From NCBI GenBank assembly GCA_964247055.1, contig OZ176056.1, forward strand, positions 9,362,001 to 9,426,000: a DNA stretch of 64,000 bases. The letters are read 5' to 3'. Positions 1 through 12,500 of this stretch are shown here, piece by piece. The notes below the pieces were generated by a model. That model did not search any database and was not told where the DNA came from. It saw only the letters and a list, made by a program, of their open reading frames with translations. Positions within the stretch are counted from its first letter, which is position 1. The number at the start of each line of letters is the position of its first letter. The position numbers and the translations under genes were made by a program. This stretch comes from Paragordius varius. Its lineage: Eukaryota > Animalia > Nematomorpha.

Positions 1-1250
1 GTTTTTCTAAAAATAATACAATTTCGTCTAAATTCCATTCTTGACCCCGAAATATCCACGATTCAGGCTGGTTTCCGAAAAGGTAGAGGATGCCGAGATA
101 TGATATGTAACATGAGGTGGATAATCGAGAAACACATCGAATTTAACAAAGAATTGCATATGTGCTTTGTCGATTTTTCCAAAGCATTTGATTCCATCCA
201 GCACAATAAACCACGGAAAGCTCTAAAACAACTCGGAGTATCAACACATTTAATCAACATCATATTTTCAATTTATTCAAATTCCACGGCTATAGTATCC
301 ACACCATACGGTATATCTGACCCATGTAGGGTACAAGTCGGCCTCCGTCAAGGATGCGTTTTATCACCAATTCTTTTTAACGCATACCTGGAGTGCATTA
401 TAAGAAATATCCCACAAACTTACGGCATCAACGTAGGTGGGAACCTACTTACATCCGTTCACTACGCGGATGATACAGTCTTGATCGCAGACAGTGTAGA
501 CACATTATCGCAAGCCTTGCAAGTGTTTACAACTGAATGCAATAAATTTGGATTAAATATCAATTTAAAAAAAACAAAAGTCATGCAAATAAATCCGGCT
601 CAAACCAATCCAATAATCCTCAACGGCAACCAGATCGAAACAGTTAGCAACTACACGTACTTAGGTAGCATTATTTACAGTGAGAACAACTCTACGCCAG
701 AAATAAAGCGAAGAATTGCTATCGCTAAAGCAGTAACTTTTAAATATAACAGGATTTGGATGTCACATGACATTAAACTACAAACCAAAATCAGATTAAT
801 CAAAGCTACAGTTTTTCCCACATTCATGTATGGGGGGGAAAGCTGGACACTGAAAAAATATGATGAACGTCTAATAAATTCTTTCGAATTATGGGTTTGG
901 AGAAAACTTCTTCAAACAAAATGGACAGACAAAGTTTCAAACACCACCATTCTAAATAAAATAAACCCAGAAATGTCACTCCTTGGCAGCTTAACACGGC
1001 AAAAACTCTCCTTCTTTGGGCACATCATGAGATCCAGCTCACTCGAAAAATCACTGATGCTGGGGAAAGTGAGTGGTGCCCGAAAAAGAGGGAGAAGACG
1101 AACTCGTTGGATGGATAACATCCTTAAAGAAACCAATCTATCCTTATCCGACCTAAACACCAAAACCGGAAATCGCAATGAATGGAGAAGCTATATTTTC
1201 AATGTTGCAATTAGTCGGAATCGACTTTAGCAAACAACAACAACAACAAC
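1..1250 (+). mobile_element. Non-LTR retrotransposon (RTE-like LINE), 3' part; RT ORF open from base 1 to TAG at 1228-1230, then a (CAA)n tail
   Basis: Frame 1 is uninterrupted from position 1. RT motifs QAGFRKGRG, FVDFSKAFDSI, GLRQGCVLSPILF, YADD, YLGS, plus an RTE-type C-terminus (FELWVWRKLL...FFGHIMR...G.R.RGR.RTRW). Tail CAAACAACAACAACAACAAC at 1231-1250. The 5' end lies outside the window. Confidence 0.93.
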
Positions 1251-1269
1251 GTTACATGTGGGTTTTTAA

Positions 1270-2513
1270 TTAAAATAAATATTTTTGTAGATTAAATTCC
1301 ATGACAGAGGGATATATCCATTGTTCGTAAGGGTTATGACTGATTTTAAATCTGTTATTTATATCGATTAATAGAAATCCCGGTAGCAGAGCCAATGTAC
1401 CCATAATATGCACGTCTTCCAAATGGGTATGCCTTGAGTAAAAAAAGCATGATACAATTTAAAAACTAAGGAAGGCTTCAAAGCATAAAACCATCCGTGA
1501 CAATAAGGTGGAAAATAAGGACTTGGGCATTCAGAGACATTTATGTAATATTTCATTTTTGGGTCTCGTACAGGCTGAGAATTAATGTACATTGGGCAAA
1601 ATATTATATCATAAGAGCTGCTATTATCATTAAATCTTTTTGAAAATTCCTTTTTAAATTTAGGATCAATATTTAACATGTCAAAGTTTTGAATGTTGCA
1701 TGTGTCATTTTTTGTTTGACTAACTGTTGTACGCTTCCGGTAGAGTTGCAATAAATCATCGCTTAGTTTTGAATCGTCCAGAACATAATCAAAGTATTCT
1801 CTTGGCTTAGGATCTATTTGATGATAGTGATGATCTGTAAAAAGTTTTGCTTTAGGCTTTAAAACATTCCAATTTTTTTGCATAAAATCTCCATGTTCTA
1901 CCTCAAATTTTTTAAGGTATAATATAACTTGAATAATATCTAAGTAAATATCATCCTCTGTTCTTATAATATATTTTGCATGAGCACAATAATCCAATAC
2001 CCATTTAAATCCCATCATAGTGGCATATGTTATGTTAGAATATGAATCAAGAAAACTAGATTGAAGAATATCATTGTATTTTAGACTTTCATTCATTATC
2101 ATAAACTGTAATTTCTTATTACCAACTTTACCCATAAGAAATAAATGCTGCACTACTAAATCGCCATACGTAAAATTCGCACCATAAATATTTCGAAATC
2201 TTTGTCTTAATTGGGAATGAGTAGGATTCGATAATATAAGTAATAATATAATATTTTTTGATTCACAAACTGTGCTTCCCGGATCAATTATTCGGATAAA
2301 ATTTAGTTCCGAAATAATGTTTTGTTTTGTTTTAGAGATAAAACACCCATGTTTTATATTGCATTTAGCTGTATAAGGCTCTAAACACTTTTTATTTATC
2401 ATTTTCAAAGATGAATAATCGATATTGTCCCATCTGGGTTGTTTATATTGATAAAGTTTATCGTATTGCGTATACATATATATTGTTACCGTGACCAAAC
2501 ATTTAAGCCCTAT
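1270..2513 (-). CDS. Glycosyltransferase family 31 (beta-1,3-galactosyl/GlcNAc-transferase-like), catalytic exon with a probable 1-nt frameshift near 1421-1423
   Basis: ORF 1368-2498 has GT31 motifs LLLILS..H...R..R, HLFLMG, ESLKYNDILQSSFLDSYSNIT, FKWVLDYC..AKYIIRTEDD and PPYCHG. The EDV motif (EDVHIMG) follows in a shifted frame and runs to TAA at 1270-1272. Splice acceptor TTAG at 2514. The upstream exon (membrane anchor) was not located. Confidence 0.85.
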
Positions 2514-3213
2514 CTAATATAAAAAATATCTTTAATCTTAAATTCACCTTCAAACATCTTTAATGTACCATCAAACATTTCAAATTCACTCTTAAGCATT
2601 TCAAAGTGACCCTTTAACATTTACAATTCGCTTTTAAACAACTAAATCTATAAATTATGCGTGTAGAACCATTCTTTGCTATTTTTCGGTATTATGTTAA
2701 TTTTGATAAAGTTTTATATTTTATAAATATAAAAAAAAGCAAAATTTTATTTCCTAAAACATAATTATTTTTAGATTGAACTAAAAACGTAAGAGAATGG
2801 GTTCTTTATATAAGGTAAAAATGCTCGAGGGTAAATCTGAGGTGTGTGGAATATAAATCATATCATAATTTTGGCTATTTTGGGATAATTAAATAAGGCA
2901 AATTTTCATCCTTTTATATTGGATGTAGATATTTCCAACTTTCATTAAATTTAATAAGTTTTAATATTTATCAATTGAAATTTTAGAGAATCAACCAAAC
3001 AATTATTTTTCCTTATAAATTTTTTTTAGAAATATCAATATAAAATGAAAATGAGTTTAGCTTAACTTTAAAAGGACTCAATTTTTTAAAACGAATTGTA
3101 AAAATTTATATACAGTAAAAAGTGAAATTATACGGACAAAAAGTAAAAATATAAACACATTTTTTTTCAACAACCATTCTTTTTCAAACCGTTTCCTTTT
3201 TAAGCTATTTAAT

Positions 3214-6200
3214 TATCATTAATGAATGCCCCGACAATAGCTTCGCCCATTTTTGGAATTACATCCCCAGTTCGGGCCTACCCCGTGTGAAAAATGGGTT
3301 AAGTCAATTTTTTGGAGAACGTGTTGAACCATTCAATTTCAAATATGATTTGTGTTTATTATTTTTGATCGCGTTGAATATAGTGTACTAACTTTATTGA
3401 TTTAGGCCCTCTTTTTACCCGCTCCCCCCGTAAAATGCCATTTTTTCAAAAAACAAAGTCCACAAAAATAATTTTTTAAATCTATTTTTCGTCCTAGGTA
3501 TGAGACCGTAAAAATTCAATATAGATTCCACCTATTCCCTGTTAAAAGGCCAAAATTTTAGTCAGGCGTTTCTTTGATGATAGCTGCTGGGTGAGTAGCT
3601 CCCCGCAAAAACTGATTCCTCATGTAACTTTGTGATCTGTTTACGGAAAACCGGTGATCCCAATCAAATCCCAACTTCGAAAAAATATAATCATTAATGA
3701 ATGCCCCGACAATAGATTCGCCCTTTTTTGGAATTAGGTCCCCAGTTCGGGCCTACCCCGTGTGAAAAATGGGTTAAGTCAATTTTTAGGAGAACGTGTT
3801 GGACTATTCAATTTTAAATATGATTTTGGTTTACTTATTTTCGATTGCGCCGAACATAGTCGACTCACTTTTTTGATTTAGGCCCTCTTTTTACCCGCTC
3901 CCCCCGTAAAATGCCATTTTTTTCAAAAAACCAAGTATACAAAAATAATTTTTTGATTGTATTTTTTTGCCCAAGGTATGAAACTGTAAATATTCGAGAA
4001 GGATTTTTCGTATTCCCTGTTAAAAGGCAAAAATTTTAGTCAAACGTTTCTTTGATGATAGCTGCTGAGTACGGAGCTACCCGCTAAAAACTGATTCCTC
4101 ATGTAACATTGTGATCTGTTTCCGGAAAACCAGTGATCCCAATCAAATCCAAACTTCGAAAAAATATAATCATTAATGAATGCTGACAATAGCTTCGCCC
4201 TTTTTTGGAGTTAGGTCCCCAGTTCGCGCCTACCCCGTGTGAAAAATGGGTTAAGTCAATTTTTTGGAGAACGTGTGGGACCATTCAATTTAAAATATGA
4301 TTTTTGTTAACTTATTTTTGATCGCGCTGAACATAGTCTACTCACTTTATTGATTTAGGCCCTCTTTTTACCCGCTACCCCCCTAAAATGCCATTTTTTT
4401 CAAAAAAACAAAGTCCACAAAAATAATTTTTTGATTGTATTTTTTTGCCCAAGGTATGAAACTGTAAAAATTCGAGAAGGATTTTTCGTATTGCCTGTTA
4501 AAAGGCAAAAGATCTAGTCAAACGTTTCTTTGATGATAGCTGCTGGGTACGGAGCTACCCGCTAAAAACTGATTCCTCATGTAACATTGTGATCTGTTTC
4601 CGGAAAACCAGTGATCCCAATCAAATCCAAACTTCGAAAAAATATAATCATTAATGAATGCTGACAATAGCTTCGCCCTTTTTTGGAGTTAGGTCCCCAG
4701 TTCGCGCCTACCCCGTGTGAAAAATGGGTTAAGTCAATTTTTAGGAGAACGTGTTGGACTATTCAATTTTAAATATGATTTTGGTTTACTTATTTTCGAT
4801 TGCGCCGAACATAGTCGACTCACTTTATTGATTTAGGCCCTCTTTTAACCCCCTACCCCTGTAAAATGCCATTTTTTTCAAAAAAACAAAGTCCACAAAA
4901 ATATTTTTGTATTTTTTTGTCCAAGGTATGAAACTGTAAAAATTCGAGAAGGATTTTTCGTATTGCTTGTTAAAAGGCAAAAATTTTAGTTAAACGTTTC
5001 TTTGATGATAGCTGCTGGGTAAGGAGCTACCCACTAAAAACTGATTCCTCATGTAACTTTGTAATCTGTTTCCGGAAAACCGGTGATCCCAATCAAATCC
5101 AAACATCGAAAAAATATAATCATTAATGAATGCCCCGACAATAGCTTCGTTCTTTTTTGGAATTAGGTCCCCAGTTCGGGCCTACCCCGTGTGAAAAATG
5201 GGTTAAGTCAATTTTTTGGAGAACGTGTTGGACTATTCAATTTCAAATATGATTTTTGTTTACTTAATTTTGATCGCGCTGAACATAGTCTACTCACTTT
5301 ATTGATTTAGGCCCTCTTTTAACCCGCTACCCCTGTAAAATGCCATTTTTTTCAAAAAAACAAAGTCCACAAAAATAATTTTTATTGTATTTTTTTGCCC
5401 ACGGTATGAGAATGTAAAAATTCGAGAAAGATTTTTCGTATTCCCTGTGAAAAGGCAAAAATTTTAGTCAAGCGTTTCTTTGATGGCTGCTGAATAAGGA
5501 GTATCTATCATATGTATAGGATGTTAAAAGATATATGGATATTAATACATTATATTTGGTCATCTATATATTTATAAAAATGGAAAATGCTGGCTTTGTG
5601 AGATGTTTCCGGAAAACCGGTGATCCCAATCAAATCCAAACTTCGAAAAAATATAATCATTAATGAATGCCCCGACAATAGCTTCGCCCTTTTTTGGAAT
5701 TAGGTCCCTAGTTCGGGCCTACCCCGTGTGAAATATGGGTTAAGTCAATTTTTTGGAGAACGTGTTGGACTATTCAATTTCAAATATGATTTGTTTACTT
5801 ATTTTTGATCGCGCTGAACATAGTCGACTCACTTTATTGATTTAGGCCCTCTTTTTACCCGCGACCCCCGTAAAATGCCATTTTTTTCAAAAAAAACAAA
5901 GTCCACAAAAATATTTTTGTATTTTTTTGTCCAAGGTATGAAACTGTAAAAATTCGAGAAGGATTTTTCGTATTGCTTGTTAAAAGGCAAAAATTTTAGT
6001 TAAACGTTTCTTTGATGATAGCTGCTGGGTAAGGAGCTACCCACTAAAAACTGATTCCTCATGTAACTTTGTAATTTGTTTCCGGAAAACCGGTGATCCC
6101 AATCAAATCCAAACATCGAAAAAATATAATCATTAATGAATGCCCCGACAATAGCTTCGCCCTTTTTTGGAATTTGGTCCCCAGTTCGGGCCTACCTCCT

Positions 6201-9137
6201 GTGAAAAATGGGTTTCGATTTTTTGGTGAACGTGTTGGACCATTCAATTTCATATATGATTTTTGTTTATGATCGCGCTGAACATAGTCGACTCACTTTA
6301 TTGATTTAGGCCCTCTTTTTACCCGCTACCCCCGTAAAATGCCATTTTTTTCAAAAAATAAAGTCCACAAAAATAATTTTTTAAATCTATTTTTCGCCCT
6401 AGGTATAAGACCGTAAAACTTCAATATGGATTCCACGTATTCCTTGTTAAAAGGCAAAAATTTTAGTCAAACGTTTCTTTGATGATAGCTGCTGAGTAGG
6501 GAGTATCTATCATATGTATAGGAGGTTAAAAATATATGGATATTAAAACATTATAAATGGTAATCTATATATTTATAAAAATAGAAAATGCTAGCTTTGT
6601 GATCTGGTACAGGAAAACCGGTAGACCCATTCCAATCCAATCTTCGAAAAAATATAATCATTAATAAATGCCCCGACAATAGCTTCGCCCTTTTTTTTGA
6701 AATAGGCCCCCAGTTCGGGCCCACCCCGTGTGAAAAACGGGTTTTTTTTGAAAACAGAAGTCCACAAAAATCGTAGACAATTTTGGGGAAAACGTGTTGA
6801 ACTATTCAATTTCAATATGATTTTTGGTTAATTATTTTCGATTGCGCCGAACATAGTCGAGTCACTTTTTTGATTTAGGCTCTCTTTTTACACGCTCCCC
6901 CCGTAAAATGCCATTTTTTTCAAAAAAAGTCCACAAAAATAATTTTTTAAATCTATTTTTTGCCCTAGGTATGAGACCGTAAAAATTCAATACGAATTCC
7001 ACGTATTCCCTGTTAAAAGGCAAAAATTTTAGTCAGGCGTTTTTTTGATGATAGCTTCTCGGTAAGGAGCTACCCGCTAAAAACTGATTCCTCATGTAAC
7101 TTTGGGATCTGTTTCTGGAAAACCGGTGAACCCAATCAAATCCAAACATCGAAAAAATATAATCATTAATGAATGCCCCGACAATAGCTTCGCCCTTTTT
7201 TTGGAATTAGGTCCCCAGTTCGGGCCTATCCCGTGTGAAAAATGGGTTGTCAATTTTTTGGAGAACGTGTTGGACCATTCAATTTCAAATATGATTTTTG
7301 TTTACTTATTTTTGATCGCGCTGAACATAGTCGACTCACTTTATTGATTTAGGCCCTCTTTTTACCCGCGACCCCCGTAAAATGCCATTTTTTTCAAAAA
7401 AAACAAAGTCCACAAAAATATTTTTATTTTTTGTTCAAGGTATGAAACTGTAAAAATTCGAGAAGGATTTTTCGTATTGCTTGTTAAAAGCCAAAAATTT
7501 TAGTTAAACTCTTTGATGATAGCTGCTGGGTAAGGAGCTACCCACTAAAAACTGATTCCTCATGTAACTTTGTAATTTGTTTCCGGAAAACCGGTGATCC
7601 CAATCAAATCCAAACATCGAAAAAATATAATCATTAATGAATGCCCCGACAATAGCTTCGCCCTTTTTTGGAATTTGGTCCCCAGTTCGGGCCTACCTCC
7701 TGTGAAAAATGGGTTTCGATTTTTTGGTGAACGTGTTGGACCATTCAATTTCATATATGATTTTTGTTTACTTATTATTGATCGCGCTGAACATAGTCGA
7801 CTCACTTTATTGATTTAGGCCCTCTTTTTACCCGCTACCCCCGTAAAATGCCATTTTTTTCAAAAAATAAAGTCCACAAGAATAATTTTTTACATCTATT
7901 TTTCGCCTTAGGTATAAGACCGTAAAACTTCAATATGGATTCCACGTATTCCTTGTTAAAAGGCAAAAATTTTAGTCAAACGTTTCTTTGATGATAGCTG
8001 CTGAGTAAGGAGTATCTATCATATGTATAGGAGGTTAAAAGATATATGGATATTAAAACATTATACATGGTAATCTATATATTTATAAAAATAGAAAATG
8101 CTAGCTTTGTGATCTGGTACAGGAAAACCGGTAGACCCATTCCAATCCAATCTTCGAAAAAATATAATCATTAATAAATGCCCCGACAATAGCTTCGCCC
8201 TTTTTTTTGAAATAGGCCCCCAGTTCGGGCCCACCCCGTGTGAAAAACGGGTTTTTTTTGAAAACAGAAGTCCACAAAAATCGTAGACAATTTTGGGGAA
8301 AACGTGTTGAACTATTCAATTTCAATATGATTTTTGGTTAATTATTTTCGATTGCGCCGAACATAGTCGAGTCACTTTTTTGATTTAGGCTCTCTTTTTA
8401 CACGCTCCCCCCGTAAAATGCCTTTTTTTTCAAAAAAAGTCCACAAAAATAATTTTTTAAATCTATTTTTTGCCCTAGGTATGAGACCGTAAAAATTCAA
8501 TACGAATTCCACGTATTCCCTGTTAAAAGGCAAAAATTTTAGTCAGGCGTTTTTTTGATGATAGCTTCTCGGTAAGGAGCTACCCGCTAAAAACTGATTC
8601 CTCATGTAACTTTGGGATCTGTTTCCGGAAAACCGGTGAACCCAATCAAATCCAAACTTCGAAAAATTATAATCATTAATGAATGCCTCGACAATAGCTT
8701 CGCCCTTTTTTTGGAATTAGGTCCCCAGTTCGGGCCTATCCCGTGTGAAAAATGGGTTAATTTTTTGGAGAACGTGTTGGACCATTCAATTTCAAATATG
8801 ATTTTTGTTTACTTATTTTTGATCGCGCTGAACATAGTCGACTCACTTTATTGATTTAGGCCCTCTTTTTACCCGCTACCCCCGTAAAATGCCATTTTTT
8901 TCAAAAAATAAAGTCCACAAAAATAATTTTTTAAATCTATTTTTCGCCCTAGGTATAATACCGTAAAACTTCAATATGGATTCCACGTATTCCCTATTAA
9001 AAGGTAAAAATTTTAGTCAAACGTTTCTTTGATGATAGCTGCTGGGTAAGGAGCTACCCGCTAAAAACTGATTCCTCATGTAACTTTGTGATCTGGTACC
9101 GGAAAACCGGTAGACCCATTCAAATCCAAACTTCGAA
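3214..9137 (+). repeat. Tandem satellite array 1: about 12 monomers of ~470-480 bp, Helitron-derived, with a ~1.5-kb trimeric higher-order repeat
   Basis: The marker TTTGATGATAGC recurs near 3576, 4054, 4532, 5004, 5481, 6014, 6481, 7047, 7514, 7990, 8557 and 9030. Near-identical ORFs are offset by ~1510 bp (6591 vs 8101; 7102 vs 8612). Confidence 0.95.
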
Positions 9138-9568
9138 ACCCCCCTCCCCCCAGAAGTCCTAAGGACTTTCTCGGGCTGCGTAGCATCACGAGATTTACGA
9201 TAGTATATTATATAATAAACTCAACTATAATGGTGAAAATCAATATTTAAAAAATAGGAAACACGCAAGACTTTAAATTGCAAAAGCGTTTATTTTCATG
9301 TAACTGCATCTTATCACCCAAACAATATTCATTTAAGCAACCAAACAACATGAGATCTAAAAAACGCTTTCGAAACCGTTAAAATGAAAATAAATCGGTA
9401 AAACATTAAATTTTACTTGACAAAAATCAACTATCATAAAAAAATAAAGTATTTTTATTTAATGTGTGTTAGATTTTTACAATATACACTATTTCATATT
9501 TATGTGTTAATGGACATGTTCTATTTTTCGGAGTTGAAATGTGCGTTAACCTAAAAGTTAAAACAATG

Positions 9569-12500
9569 TTATGCAACTTTGTCGACTAATGCGTCGTATT
9601 TTTTCATATTTTGTTGGAGAACTGATTCGGCCGTCTTTTCAAAATCTTTCAGCATTTGTTCCAATCGTTTGGTATCGTTAGAAAGAGTTTGTATTGTTTG
9701 TTGTTTGGATTGTATAACCTTTTCTAAAACTTTCCTAAAAAATGAAAAGATGCAAAAAACAATGGATGAGTTTTAAATTGTTGTAAACTCCCGATACTAG
9801 CAGAGCTTCGAACCACGCCAAAAAAAGTGTGTCTGTAATCAGAACTAGGTTGGTTCTACAAAGAAACCGGTTTCATGGGTCCAGTTCAAAGCCCTGCCTA
9901 GAATTTATATATTTCTGTTTTAAATGTTGGTATATTCATTACAAAGAAAAAAACTATAATTGTACAAAGATGAAAATTGATATAAAAATTTTAATTTAAT
10001 TTCATAATAGTAATAACACTCACATCTGTTTACAAGATCATATAGCCAGAACATAGGTTTGAACATTAAAAATTATTCAAAATTTATATATGAATCCATA
10101 ACACCACATAACATGTTAAAAATTATATTTATTTCCTAACACTAAATGAATCCATCAATGTATACCATTTACATCTAGAATTCACCCTTGAGAGTCAAAT
10201 TCACCGTTAAAAATTTCAATTTATTTGGAAACATTACATATTCCCCCTATAAATAATTGGTGTTTTTAAAAAAAATGGAAAATTACCTCTATTTTTGAAA
10301 TATTATTATAATATAAATATTGTTTAGATACAAAAATGCTTTATGCTAAAAAACAATATTGATCTAAATTACACCAAAAACAGATATTTAATTTTAAGGG
10401 TGATTATGAAATGATCGACGGCGAAATGTTCGAGGGTGAATGTAAATGGTTAATATACCATTTCACTTCAATTGTGTCCTTTAACATTACACCAAATTCC
10501 TAAACTTAATTATAGACAGTTTTTATTCTTAAATATAGACACGAATGGGATTACTGTTCTTTCAAAAGGTGAGGGATATTGAGAGCTAACAAGTCTTTAT
10601 CGATTTCTCCTTCCATATTTCGGATGCTTTCTTTGAACTTTTCTTCGTCTTCCATAAGTAGGGTCTTTCGTTTTTGTAATTCTGAAACACAAGTCTGAAG
10701 GTGAGTCAGGGCGCATTTAGTTTTTGTCAAATCGAGTTTGGCCTTTTCTGTGTTTGCATGGATTGCCTCCATCCTGGAAACATCCAAATCTTGCAAATCG
10801 GACAAAACTTGTTCGTACAAAACGACTTTTTCATTTTGAATTTTATTGGTTTGTATTGCCTCTGACTAACAAAGCGTTTAAGCGTTTTTATAATTTTAAA
10901 TAATTTATTGGACATTAATTTTAAATAACATAGATCTTGCGACCGCACAATTTTTACTTGGGATAAAACAAGAATTTTATTTGCCCTAGTTCACCTTTTG
11001 GGGTAGTTTTCATCCAAGAGCTCAAAATAACTAAAGTTTTAAAAGTTATTTTAGTTAAAATATAATTATTAAACATAGTACTAATGTGTAAGATAAAAAA
11101 ACTTATATTTTTATGATTTGTGATTTCTGGAGTTTAAATTTGGGACAGCTGAAAAAAAATGAAACGAACAGTTGATATAAAAATCAAAAACCGTGGCCTG
11201 AAAGCTATTTAAACTTAAATATTTACATTTCTAACCATAACACAATTATTTGCCTGTTTTCGATTCGCGATTTAAAAGAATTAGAAAAAATGGGGGCAAA
11301 AAAGTTTGAGCTGAGGGTTATCTTACAATTTACATTTTTAAAAGATGTATAAAGTTCATAAAGGGCTATAAAAAGCATAAACCTTAAATACTTTTTAGGA
11401 TATTCAAATTTCAAAACGGTCTGGGATGTAAAACAACCCCAAAAGGTAAGGGAGTGTTAATATTTTGAGTCAAAAACAATAGTCTTTATTATTTAAAACT
11501 GTCGCTAGCTATACTTATATAAAGTTAATTGCGAAAATAACCTTTTGAGTTTTTAGGCTTTGACATTTCATGTCGAGATTGTGGACTTCATCGACCAAAA
11601 TATTGGGCTGTTCTACCATTTCATCCCTTAATCTGCTCATTTTGGCATTTAGCTTTAAAGTAAAGAAGAATTAAGGCGTATATTAAAAAATTAAATGAGG
11701 ACCGGATTTGTTATCTGATACAAGATATACCATTTGCACTTCAAGAGTGTCCTTGAACACTTTAAGTTGGTCCTTGAACATTTCAAGTTGGTCCTTGAAC
11801 ATTTCAAGTGGTCCTTGAACATTTCAAGTTGGTCCTTGAACATTTCAAGTTGGTCCTTGAACACTTCAAGTTGGTCCTTGAACACTTCAAGTTGGTCCTT
11901 TGACTTTTTTGTTTTGTTTTTAATATTGATCAATCAAATCGAAAATAATGCATCTATTTTATTGTTTTCAACCTATTTTCTATTATTATAAATTTTTAAT
12001 CGATATCAACTTTTAGTCCTTGAGACACCGTATATCTTAATTAATTTTTTAAAATAATTTTGGATATTTATAAGATTTTAACACGAAATGAAAAATATAT
12101 AAGTTTTCTGGGTTATTAATTATAATTTTTCAAACATTTAAAAGTCAATAATTTTGTTCAATTGAAAAAAAATAGTTTGAAACAAAAAAGTGGTTTTTAA
12201 ATAAAAAATTTTATTTTTTAATGAATAATTATATAATAAATAAAATAAATTAGGTTAATAAATAATAAAATTAAAAAATAAATGCAAAAATTATGGTTTA
12301 TAAATTTTAAGGACCAACTTGTAGTGTTCAAGGACCAACATGAAATGTTCAAAGACCAACTTGAATTGTTTAAGGACCAACTTGAACTGTTCAAGGACCA
12401 ACTTGAATTGTTCAAGGACCAACTTGAAGTGTTCAAAAACCAACTTGAACTGTTCAAGGACCAACTTGAATTGTTCAAGGACCAACTTGAAGTGTTCAAA

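Noticed and set aside
63-1178. Antisense ORFs over LINE and JAK exons (63-263, 912-1178, 33589-33990, 41823-42023, 44210-44455, 46957-47139, 61412-61609)
   Set aside because: They are shadow frames opposite well-supported coding sequence.
3214-9137. Satellite arrays (here and 25633-31878) as a CRISPR array or a tandem gene family
   Set aside because: Monomers are ~475 bp and homologous along their whole length with no unique spacers. The context is eukaryotic with no cas genes, and the short ORFs vary in frame between monomers.
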